Below are positions 22,701 through 33,690 of a DNA stretch of 64,000 nucleotides, piece by piece. The stretch is from the NCBI GenBank assembly GCA_002269645.1, contig NIVC01000085.1, forward strand, positions 930,001 through 994,000, given 5' to 3'. The notes under the pieces were generated by a model. That model was given only the letters and a program-made list of their open reading frames with translations, was not told the DNA's origin and did no database searches. Each line of letters opens with the position of its first letter. The stretch's first letter is position 1. Origin of the DNA: Macrostomum lignano. Taxonomy: Eukaryota. A program made the translations under genes and the position numbers.

Positions 22701-24322
22701 ATCGGCGAGGGAGCGAAGATCTGCGGCCGTTTGCGTCTCGAGCTGCGGAACTTAGCGTGGAGGACGGCTGCCTGCTGTGGGGCACCAGAGTGGTGGTGCC
22801 GGTTCAGGGACGCCTGGCGTTGCTCAAGTGTCTGCACCAAAGTCACCTAGGAGCGTCCAAGCTGAAGTCGCTGGCCAGGAACTATTTTTGGTGGCCGGGA
22901 ATGGACGGAGACATCGAGCGGCTCTCGCAGCACTGCCGGCAGTGCAAACTGCATCAGCACAGCCCACCTCCAGCGCCGCTGCAGCCCTGGCCCTGGCCTG
23001 ACAGACCGTGGTCAAGGGTCCACATGGATTACGCTGGACCGTTCGAAGGCAAGATGCTGCTGATTCTGGTCGACGCGCATTCCAAGTGGATCGAGGTGCA
23101 CATCTGCCAGTCCGCGACCAGCTCCGCTACAATCGATCGGCTCCGGCGGACTTTCAGCCAGCTGGGCCTGCCGGAGGTCGTGGTGACGGACAACGGGCCC
23201 AACTTCGTGAGTCAAGAGATGGAGAGCTTCATGAGCAGCAATGGCATCCGGCATGTCAAGGTGTCGCCCTATCATCCGGCGTCCAACGGCCTGGCGGAAC
23301 GCGCGGTACAAACGGTGAAGGCGGCTCTGGCAAAGGGACAGCCGGCGGCTCTGCAGACTCCGCTCGCTCGGTTCCTGCTGACCTACCGGGTGACTCCGCA
23401 CAGCACTACTGGCGTTCCGCCGAGCCAGCTGATGATGGGCCGGCCTCTGCGAACACTGCTTGATCTGGTACGTCCGGACGTCTCGGCTGCGGTCATGCGA
23501 CGACAGGAGGCACAGAAGCTACAACACGACAGGCGCGCCAGAGCGAGGTCCTTCGAGGAAGGCGACGACGTCGTAGTGCGGGATTTCACGGGTCAGCAGA
23601 AGTGGCTGCCGGCCAGCATCAGCCGACAAACAGCACCTTTGTCCTACGAGTGCCGGCTGCCTGATGATCGCATTGTACGCCGCCACGCCGACCATGTAGC
23701 CTCTGCAGGCGTCGAACCGCTGACCTCAGGAAGCACGGAACTGCCAATTAATGACGAGCTGCGCTACGAATCGGCTGAGGCAGAAGTTCCGCCGCTGCTG
23801 CCGCCCACGCCGCGGCCGCCCACACAGCCACCGACCGCGCCGCCGCCGCCCACACAGCCGCCGCTTCCTCCGACTCCTCAGGCGCGGCGTTCGCAGAGGA
23901 ATCGAAAATGCCCGGACAGGTTGACGTACAAGTGAACGTTTTTTTTGTTTACAGCTTTGGGTGGTGTTCGATTTTTTTTTGTTTCTGTTATTGTTGTCGT
24001 GGTGCTGGGAAGTATTTTCTTTTTTCTTTTTTTGTTTCTTTTTTTGTTGCTGTTTTTTTCTTTTTTTTTTCATCTACGTGTGGAGGGATGTGGTGACTGC
24101 GTTTCGCTTTCTGTGCAGAGTGGGGGATGGGGGGGCTGTCTCTCTCTCTCTCTCGGATTGTACTCGCGCATGTGCATACTCTGGAGCGCGAGCACGCCAG
24201 AGGTAGCGGCTGATTGGTCAGCCCAGTCAGGCTGGAAAATAAACTGGTATTTATTGAGAGAGCTAGGCTTGGCCAGCTCTAAGAAGTTTTTTCTCTCTGC
24301 AAGCCACACAGACTTCGTTACA
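19718..24322 (+). mobile_element. Full-length Ty3/Gypsy LTR retrotransposon (Mag-like), very recent
   Basis: LTRs at 19718-19956 and 24089-24322 (TG...CA). TSD GAAAT at 19713-19717 and 24323-24327. PBS TGGCGACGAGG at 19958. Purine tract before the 3' LTR. Confidence 0.97.
20049..23935 (+). CDS. Gag-Pol (two zinc knuckles, protease, RT, RNase H, integrase) with a 1-nt frameshift near 22618
   Basis: CFRC..H....C, CFKC..GH....C, EIDTGA, FIDD, CDSS/EKEAL/SDHKPL, then HHCC and D-D-E (HMDYAG, TDNG, AERAV). The frame switches at GPVT|AAQVRCWTRRDP. Confidence 0.95.
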
Positions 24323-26979
24323 GAAATAATTTCTGGAATGCTGTGGCTCTTGAGGGAATTGCCGACATTGTTAGGGTAAGAGTAAGACGTAAACCATATA
24401 AATGAATAGGCCTGTCTAACATTAAATACTCATTGGGGAATTGCTAAGTTGTAAAGGCTCGTGGGGCGGGGCATATTCTTATCCGCAGCAAATATGCAAA
24501 TCATTGACGGCCTTAGACCCTCTCTTTTAATTAGCCTAAATCAAAGAATGAAACCTTTAATAAATGCGCTGGTATTTCCTATTAGCAGAAATCAGCATCA
24601 CTTGTGTGTACTATTTCAATATCTGAACTACATGAGCTACTTCAGCCGTACTACCGGACTATCTGACAATCGCCCAACAACCTAACACCCCCAACAATTC
24701 AGCCATCGTCCATGAGCCTTGTCATCTTAGCAATTCCCCCCAGTAAGCCTTGTCATCTTAGCAATTCCCCCCAGTAAGCCTTGAAATCTCAGCAATTCCC
24801 GAAGTAAGCCTTGACAAGAATTGCTAAGAATTGCTAAGAATACTTAGCTAACAATTGCTAATACTTGCTAAGAATTGCTGAGAAGCCTCGAGATCTCAGC
24901 AATTCCCCAGTAAGCATTGACATCTCAGCGATTCTCCCAGTAAGCCTTGAAATCTTAGCAATTCCCCCAGAAAGAATTCACATCTTAGCAATTGCCGCAG
25001 TAAGCCTTGAAATCGCTGCAATTCCCCCAGTAAGCCTTAACATCTCAGCAATTCCCCCAAAAAGCCTTGACATCTGAGGAATTCCCCCAGTAAGCCTTGA
25101 AATCTAAGCATTTCCCCAGTAAGCCTTGAAATCTCAGCATTCCCCAGAAAGCCTTCACATTTTAGCAATTCCCAGTAAGACTTGACATCTTAGCAATTCC
25201 CAGTAAGACTTGACATCTCAGCAGTTCCCCCATTAAGCATCGACATCGCAGCAATTAAACTTGAGCCTTGACATCTACGCAGTTCTCTCAGCTGAGTAAG
25301 CCTTGACATCCCAACAACCCAACTCCCCTCCCCCAAGAATTTAGCAATCCCTTATGAGCCTTGATATCTCTGCAATTTCTTCATAAGCCTTGTCAACTCA
25401 GCGATTCCATTCATGAGCTTTGATATCTTAGCAACTCCCATCTTAGCAAGTCTTTAGTTGATGGTTAACAGAGTGGTTATTCTATGATTGAACCAAAACT
25501 GACCCTAAGCCCCTAACCCTAACCCATAAGTGAGTCTTGGCATGTTAGCAATCTCCCCCGTGAGCCTTGAGCCTGAGCATTTAAGTAACTTCCTCATAAG
25601 CTTTGAAATCTAAATTTCACCGAAAGCCTTGAACTGTCAGCAATTCCCTAAGAGCCAAAGCATATAACTAATTCGCCCCTTTTATCTTTGAAATTCCTTG
25701 ATGAATCATTTATGATTGACACGACGATCGCTCTATAATTAAACTCAAACCCTAACCCTTAACCTGCAGCCGAGTCACAGCATTTTAGCAACTCCTTCTC
25801 AGCTCAAGAATTTCAGAATTTGTAAATGTTAGCAATTTCCCCATGACCCTGAAAATTGAGTGACTAACCTTTTGATATCTTGGGACTTGCATTTCAACAA
25901 AAATGCAATTTTTACCTAATGAACCTTGACATTTCGTGAATTTCAGCTATTTCCTTTAGGAGCCTTTGCAATCTCAGTCATTCCCCTGTGAACCTTAGCA
26001 TCTCAGCAGAGTCACAGCCTACAGCATTACGGGGATCCCCCGTGAGCTTTGACATCTTAGAAACCTCTATTTGAGCCATAAAATTTTGGCCACATCCACA
26101 CGTCTTGCAATCACAGCAATTTCTGCTGAGCTTTGAGTCACAGTATAATTCAGATATTCCCCTTGAGCCTTGAGATCTTATAAATTCTCCAATGAGTTTT
26201 GATATCACAGAAATTTCCCATACCAGCATTATGCTCATAGTAATAGTCTTAGTGGTCTTTACAGTCTTAGCAATTTCAAATGAGACTTCTATATTCGACA
26301 GGGGGCTTTTTATGATTGACATGATGATTCTTGTTCGTTGTTTCTTGCCTTGCGTTTTCTTCTCTTTAAAAGAAGTTTTTTTAAAATACAATATTTCACC
26401 ACAGCTTTCTGCAGTTAGCAATGGTTCACCAGCAGTTTAGCAATGCAACTTCTTTTAATTTGCTCTCTGCAAATTAGCACATGCTCACAATAAACTTGCA
26501 CTGCCTTAGAAGATTAATGCAGTCATTAAATGAACATTTCAAAACATCTGCATCAATCTGCATGGGAGGAGACATCATTATTGTCACAAGCTATAGGGAT
26601 ATATTTTTTGCTTCAATGCAGACTCGAATTGCCTACCATCTGCTTTGCCTCTACTACGCGGCTATTTTCGAAAAGAAGCGTTATATTGTTGTCTTAAGAA
26701 TTTTCCTCTCAGTTCTCCTCTCGGCTGGCTCCTCAGTCACCTCAGAAAACTTGCAATGATCCTTTCAACAATTTAAAAAATTGCTCAGCATTTAGTACGA
26801 CTCACTAATCATTATTCGATACATATCGGCAGACTTTTGCACAACTCAGGATTTAGCAATGCCTTCAACAGTTTAGCAGCATCGTCTGCAGTTTAACAAT
26901 TTATCATACTTTGATAGAGCTAGGCAATACCCATTGATGAGATCAGCAACAATCGAAAAAAGGTTTACAAATCAAATTT

Positions 26980-28353
26980 GCTTACTGGAATAAAGCCTAT
27001 GGCCTTGACCCTGCGCATTTTGTGTCTTTGCCTGCCGCCAGTTGGGAATCATTGTTGAAAATGAAATGGGATCAAGATCCAGATTATTACATTGAACTTC
27101 TAACTGATATCGTTATGTACAATTTTGTTGAAAGTTCAAAAAGAGGAGGTGTCTCTGTTGGTGTTCACAGACATGCCAAAGCTAATAACCCATATGTTGA
27201 ACAATATAATAATGAGCAACCTTCCAATTATATCAGCTACCTAGATGCTAACAATCTCTACGGTTGGGCAATGAGTCAACAGTTACCTGTTAGAAATTTC
27301 ATGTGGCTTGAAGAACTTAACTGGAACTTCTCAACACCTGCTATTTATGAAGTGGATGTTGAGATCCCAAGAGAACTGCATGGCTATTTCTCTGACTTTC
27401 CACCCTTTCCAGAGAACATCAAGTGCCCGAAAATAATCGAAACTCCCAATGGAACTTGGCACCTCTCAGGAACAGAAAAAAAACATACAATGAAGCTAAC
27501 ACAAAATCTAAACAGCAAGAAACGGTATAAAATCCATTATAAACTGCTGCAGTACTTTATTTTACTAGGTTGTAAGGTTACAAAAGTGCACAGAGCACTT
27601 GCATTCACAGAAGAAATGTGGATGAAACCTTATATTGATAAGAATAACCAGTTTAGAACAGAAGCAACTAATAGTTTTGACAAGGATCTGTTCAAACTGG
27701 CCAATAATTCTGTCTATGGTAAGACTCTAGAAAATGAGCGAAAAAGAGCAAACTTGAAGCTCGTTAAGTCCTCCGAGTCGGATGTTATTTTAACCAGTAT
27801 ATCGAAGCCTACTTTTAAGGAACTTCATCCATTTAATGACCACTTGGGTGCAATCCTATTCTATAAAACTAAAACAAAATTAGCTAAGCCAATATTTACA
27901 GGTGTGGCTATATTTGATGAATCAAAGCGTCTAATTTACAAGTTCTTTTATGACCTGAAGGAAAGATATGGGGATAAAATGAAACTGTTGTACAGCGACA
28001 CAGACAGTTTGATTTTGAATGTAGACTGAAGACTTTTATGAAGACATGCTGGGTTCTAGTGATTTGTATGACGTATCTGAATATCCAGAATCATTCAAAA
28101 CACAGAATGGCAACCAAATATATAATCCGAAAAAAAAGTCCTAGGATGATGCCCTACAGACAGAGATGCCCTATGTCATAATAAAGGTGCGACCCATACA
28201 TTCTTTAAACTACAGTCAGAAGACCATGTAGTTTATACAATTCAAAGAAAGAAGATTGGTCTTTCAGGTGCAGACAACAAACGATTTGTCTTAGATGGCA
28301 ACATTAAAAGTCTACCCTTTGGTCATTGGAGGTTGCGAGAAATAGATTTTTAA
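26980..28353 (+). pseudogene. Protein-primed DNA polymerase B (Polinton), C-terminal part
   Basis: YGLDPAHF, YLDANNLYGWAM, KLANNSVYGK, YSDTDS. Frameshift near 28025, internal deletion, and C-terminus GADNKRFVL...LPFGHW. Confidence 0.93.
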
Positions 28354-28369
28354 TTAAAAAATCTAAAAA

Positions 28370-28770
28370 ATGACAACAAATAATTTTCTTCAAGACTTAG
28401 CTAATGAATTGGAGATTCCAAACTTCCGAGGGGTCTTTATGAGAGATACGCTTCCCAAATCAATCAATACCGTAAAAAAGGAATGCGGTATCATGAACTT
28501 TTACACCTCTGACCAACCAGGTTGTCATTGGGTCTGTTGGTTGATTGATCCAGATCGTAAGCATAAATATTATTATTTGGATAGTTATGGCGCAGCTCCG
28601 CCTTAAGAATTGAGAAATTACTTAAAAGAGAAAAAAAAATTACCGCTCAGACTTTATACTTCAAGATCTTAACAGTGACATCTGTGGAGAGTTGTGCATG
28701 ACTTTTTTATATGCAATGACGAAAACCAGAAAGAGTTATAAGGAAATTATTTTAAGTCTAAGGATGGTGT
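28370..28770 (+). pseudogene. Adenain-like cysteine protease (Polinton)
   Basis: FRGVFMRD, PGCHWV (His), YLDSYG (Asp). After the stop at 28606, QDLNSDICGELC (Gln/Cys) is still recognisable. Confidence 0.88.
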
Positions 28771-29925
28771 AGGTAGTTCAGTAGCGGTTGTGGTTGAGGA
28801 GCCTTGGTTATGCGCAGTTCAGTTCTGGTTAAAAAATGCTTAGTCATGCTAGCTAGAATCGATTATGGAATCGACTAGTTTTCCCATTTAGATAAAGAGG
28901 TGTAGGTATTGCATTGTGATAGTTGAACTTAAATATAAGTGCATTATGTGTCAATAGATTTCCGTAGTTGTTGATCTAAATGGGATTAGGTTAATTTTAT
29001 GGAAGGGGGTTAGTTGACTTTTTGTATCCCCCTTAGATGAGTGGTTGTAGGTATTGCATGGTGATAGCTTATTTTAAGCGCATTATGTATGAATAGATCT
29101 TAGTAGATGTTGATCTAAGGGGGATTTTGACAATTTTGTGCCAGAACTTCCCTCATGCCTACTACTCGGCAGTGAAAGCCGAACCCGTCAGACTCACCGA
29201 TGGAGGCCCGAATCCAAGCGGTGAGCGGCTGCTCGCCGTGCCTCTGTGCTTCTGCAAAGTGAAAAGGAAAGCCAGGGTTCATACAGCGGCACAAATCACT
29301 TCATTGACTCGAAAGGTCCAATTGTATTTCACGCGTAGCGTTAAGATTACGCAGCTTCATCAAAATATCGGCGCGAGATGACCGAGAGAAAGCAAGCAAT
29401 GAGCAAGAGAAGCCACAAAATTTGCGGAACGGCCAGAGGGAGAAGCAACAGGCAGCAATGCAGACTCGGAAAAACATCTTTCACCTTGACTGCCGTGTAC
29501 GCTCGCATGGACAACGTGCAAAACGCAAGCATGCTCGCTAATGCAAACGATTCGGCAATAAAGTGAAAAACTTCGCTTTTTACTCAAGGATTGCATCCCA
29601 AGGAAATTAGGATATTCCGTTTTTCACATGAGCCCCCTTCACTCCTTCATTTTTCGCCGTTCCGCGCTGTGAGACTAAAAATCATCCCTTGTCTCATCCG
29701 AAATTTTAAAATAAAAAATATCTTTCTGTCTTTTTTTCCGTCTTTTCCTTCTTTCTTTTTCGCTTCTTCTCTCGTTCCCGTATTCGCTTATCTCCTACGA
29801 GTAAAACCAAACAGGCCTACATTTTATAACTGAATCATTTTAACAAGATTTTTTGATAAAGTTGCAGAATTTTTTTACTAGAGCACGATGTAGTACTAAA
29901 GGGATGCGCAAAATTCTCGCCTCAC

Positions 29926-31185
29926 TCACCCCGCTCCACTGGCATCCAGCAGCCGCAGCACTTGCCGCTGCTCAAATCGCTCTGCCACCTGCGCACACGT
30001 CAGACCCCGACCGTCTCGATGACTCGCATCCGCTCCTCTGTCCATCAGAGCCTTGGCTGCTCGCACGTGACCGGCTTCGCACGCTCGTGACAGAGCAGTC
30101 CGACCCTGACTGTCTTCAGCACGCACTGACGCACCGAGATCGATGAGTTTCTCAATGAGCTCGTGGTGACCTGCATCAGCTGCCAGCATGAGAGCAGTGG
30201 CTCCAGTGCTGTCTGGCAGATCGACATGCTCTGTGCTGACTCGCTCATCATTGATCAGTGTGGCAGCAAGAGCGACGTGTCTTTGAGAGATGGAGAGACG
30301 GAGAAGCTGTATGATGTGAGCCGGCTGCATTCGAGAGAGGGTGTCGGTGAGAACAGAGTTCCTGCCTTCGATGGCCATTGCTGCAGTGAAGCCGAGGATG
30401 GTGCTGGATTGGAAGAGCCAATCGGGCTCGAGGCCGAAGGAGGCAACGGCATAATCTTGAAGACGAGAGCAAGCTGCGTCTGCGCACTGGAAATACAGAT
30501 TCGCTTTCTGATCCGGACTTGAGAGACACGAGAGGAGGAACGTGACGACGTCCCATTGACGATATCTTGCAGCAGATTCGACAGCGTTGATGCAGCAGCG
30601 ATCTCTGTTTGCTTGGTCAGCGACTTGTGGCACGAGAAACTCGACGACTTCCAAGTGACCATTTCTTGCAGCAGATTCGACAGCGTTGATGCAGCAGCGA
30701 TCTCTGTTTGCTTGGTCAGCGACTTGTGGCACGAGAAACTCGACGACTTCTAAGTGACCATTTCTTGCAGCAGATTCGGCAGCGTCGATGCAGCAACGAT
30801 CTCTACTTCTTTCCTCAGCTACTTGTGGCACGAAAAACTTGACGACTTCCCACTGGTCATTTTCTACAGCAGATTCGACAGCGTCGATGCAGCAGCGATC
30901 TCTGTTTGCTTGGTCAGCGACTTGTGACACGAAAAACTTGACGACTTCCCACAGACTGATTCTTGCAGCAGAGTCGACAGCGTCGATGCAGCAGCGATCT
31001 CTGTTTGCTTGGTCAGCGACTTGTGACATGAGAAAAGTTACGACATCCCACTGACGATTTCTCGCAGCAGATCTGGCAGCTTCGATGCAGCAGCGATCTC
31101 TGTTTGCTTGGTCAGCGACTTGAGCTCTCACTGCAGGGATGTTGCCGCTGGCGACTGCCCGGCGGCTGCTGAGGTTTTGGCCCAT
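29926..31185 (-). CDS. Ankyrin-repeat protein with MGQNLSS N-terminus; probably spliced at its 3' end
   Basis: Six 33-aa (99-bp) repeats followed by canonical ANK repeats (GATALMLAADAGH, GRTALSRACEAGH). The apparent TGA overlaps a GTGAGT donor; a candidate next exon lies near 29255-29200. Confidence 0.88.
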   Translation of the reverse strand: MGQNLSSRRAVASGNIPAVRAQVADQANRDRCCIEAARSAARNRQWDVVTFLMSQVADQANRDRCCIDAVDSAARISLWEVVKFFVSQVADQANRDRCCIDAVESAVENDQWEVVKFFVPQVAEERSRDRCCIDAAESAARNGHLEVVEFLVPQVADQANRDRCCINAVESAARNGHLEVVEFLVPQVADQANRDRCCINAVESAARYRQWDVVTFLLSCLSSPDQKANLYFQCADAACSRLQDYAVASFGLEPDWLFQSSTILGFTAAMAIEGRNSVLTDTLSRMQPAHIIQLLRLSISQRHVALAATLINDERVSTEHVDLPDSTGATALMLAADAGHHELIEKLIDLGASVRAEDSQGRTALSRACEAGHVRAAKALMDRGADASHRDGRGLTCAQVAERFEQRQVLRLLDASGAG

Positions 31186-31517
31186 TGTGCGGCTGCCGTG
31201 TTAAAGGGCGGTGTAAGACTTTAGAGAGGTAGAAAGTGGCGGGTGAAAAGAGAGCGACGGAGAGGGGAAGAAAGTAAGAGCTAGTGAGTTGAGTCGGAAT
31301 AAAGAGAGGACGGAGGTAGGGAAGCTGTTTGACTACTCTATATTTTCATATAAATTTTGAAGAAACTTTTAAATTGTACTGGAGAAAGAGGAACCGAAAA
31401 GGAGAGAAAAAAGGGTGGCTTCGCTGCTATATATTTTTTCAAAGAATATAAAAAATATATATGAACCCTACCTATGATCCTTGGCTGTTGTCGGAGAAGC
31501 AAGTAGCAGGTGTCAAA

Positions 31518-31687
31518 TGTCAGTCACGGCTGCTGTCAGAGTGGCAGATGTCAGTCACGGCTGCTGTCAGAGTGGCAGATGTCAGTCACGGCTGCTGTCA
31601 GAGTGGCAGATGTCAGTCACGGCTGCTGTCAGAGTGGCAGATGTCAGTCACGGCTGCTGTCAGAGTGGCAGATGTCAGTCACGGCTG
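31518..31687. repeat. 31-bp minisatellite (GTCAGTCACGGCTGCTGTCAGAGTGGCAGAT), also at 39309-39410
   Basis: Sits upstream of both ankyrin paralogs as part of the duplication. Confidence 0.9.
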
Positions 31688-33052
31688 CTTGTAAGAAGTG
31701 GAGAAGTGCTTACATCGAAGCGTAAAACAACGGCCTCCTCTTGTCCTGACCGGTACCATCCAGCCAGACCAGCTCTGCACTAAATAGCAGATATCAAAGC
31801 TGAGGTTCGAAGGCCAAGCCAGCAACCTGCGAACGCGTGACACAGCTGACTCGCAGCAAAGCCTTGGCTGTGATATGGTTGCCTAACAACAGCACTGAAA
31901 AAAACTGCTCGAGCGATAACCATGCCCTGCTCAAACTATGCATTGCTCTGCATTTTGTCAAACTCACCTGCTTGCTTGCCTGACTATAAAATTTTCTGAC
32001 TTGAATTATTTGCGGTGCAGAGAGAATTCTGACATATGAGCTTCACACTCATAATAGGCCCTTGGAAGCCAGTGTGTTAAAATTCTTTCTGGCATGTGAG
32101 CAGAAGATAGTGAAGTGAGCGACTAGTACTGTTAGGTGCCCCACTTAGTCAGCAGTTTCCCGCGCCTGTCCCGAGCTGTTGTTGACTGCCGCTGGTCGCA
32201 CCTTCTCTTTCTCCCTCCCTTTCCCCTTTGGCTGCCTGCGCTCCCTCCTGCCCTCCCTTTTTCGCTGCGTTCTCGTTTTCAGTGTCTGAGCATAGAATTC
32301 TATGGTCTGAGCCTCTCCGCTCAGCCTGCTCTTGGTTAATTGTTTGTTTGGCTGCCCCTCTCCCCTCTCCCCTCTTGTCATGTCATTGAGCGTTCGTTTA
32401 GTTCAAAGTACAGGGCTGTACTCTCTGTCCTGCTTGTAAGGTAGCAAAGTCACGTGCCCCGTGGCTCCATCCCTACAGTCAACATCTTTGTAATGTTTTC
32501 AAAGTTTTCAATACACATACACAAGTTTCTGCAGCAGTGCAGCAATCGGCTGCTTATTATTTAGAGTCAGAACAAAGTCAGCTCTGATTATTACAGATTG
32601 GAGTTAATTATCGCAAAAGACATGAGCAGAGGTCATTGGGCGGCTTCGAAGTCCCTGTGGGCTGATTCTACAGGCCCAGCCCCTTGCCAAACAGACCGCA
32701 GAAAGCTGGCAGATGGTCGAGTGACCCTGACTTGAGGCAACCGCAGATACAGGTAGGTGCCACCCTTTTGGTGTTGCGTCTCACTGAAAACTAATGTCTT
32801 AATAGATTGGGCTTCGGACAGAATAAACTTTAAAAGCTCAAGACTTTGCAATTCCAGAATTTTACATCGAGAATTCATGAAGTTTCATGCTAACAAAGTA
32901 GCTGACAATTCATTTCGGCACACTGAAGCTTTGTGACTGTTTAAAAGACTGACGTTTGGTCACCTTTTGCTCTTAAATAGCTTGTAACTATCAAAGACGA
33001 ATAGAGGTAAGCCAAGCTAAAATTACATGCACCTGCACAGGGGATTGTGGTA

Positions 33053-33690
33053 GGGATGCCCGGCAAGAGACAGGGGTGCCCGGCAAGAGACAGGGGTGCC
33101 CGGCAAGAGACAGGGGAGCCCGGCAAGAGACAGGGGAGCCCGGCAAGAGACAGGGGAGCCCGGCAAGAGACAGGGGTTCCCGGCAAGAGACAGGGGAGCC
33201 CGGCAAGAGACAGGGGAGCCCGGCAAGAGACAGGGGCACCCGGCAAGAGACAGGGGAGCCCGGCAAGAGACAGGGGAGCCCGGCAAGAGACAGGGGTTCC
33301 CGGCAAGAGACAGGGGAGCCCGGCAAGAGACAGGGGAGCCCGGCAAGAGACAGGGGTTCCCGGCAAGAGACAGGGGAGCCCGGCAAGAGACAGGGGAGCC
33401 CGGCAAGAGACAGGGGTTCCCGGCAAGAGACAGGGGAGCCCGGCAAGAGACAGGGGAGCCCGGCAAGAGACAGGGGTTCCCGGCAAGAGACAGGGGAGCC
33501 CGGCAAGAGACAGGGGTTCACGGCAAGAGACAGGGGAGCCCGGCAAGAGACAGGGGAGCCCGGCAAGAGACAGGGGTTCCCGGCAAGAGACAGGGGAGCC
33601 CGGCAAGAGACAGGGGTTCCCGGCAAGAGACAGGGGAGCCCGGCAAGAGACAGGGGAGCCCGGCAAGAAACAGGGGTGCCCGGAAAGAGA
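33053..33690. repeat. 20-bp minisatellite (CGGCAAGAGACAGGGGAGCC)
   Basis: About 32 tandem units. Confidence 0.95.

Noticed and set aside
23726-24206. Lys-rich and Phe-rich ORFs after the integrase (possible env)
   Set aside because: Low-complexity T-rich 3' UTR of the Gypsy element.
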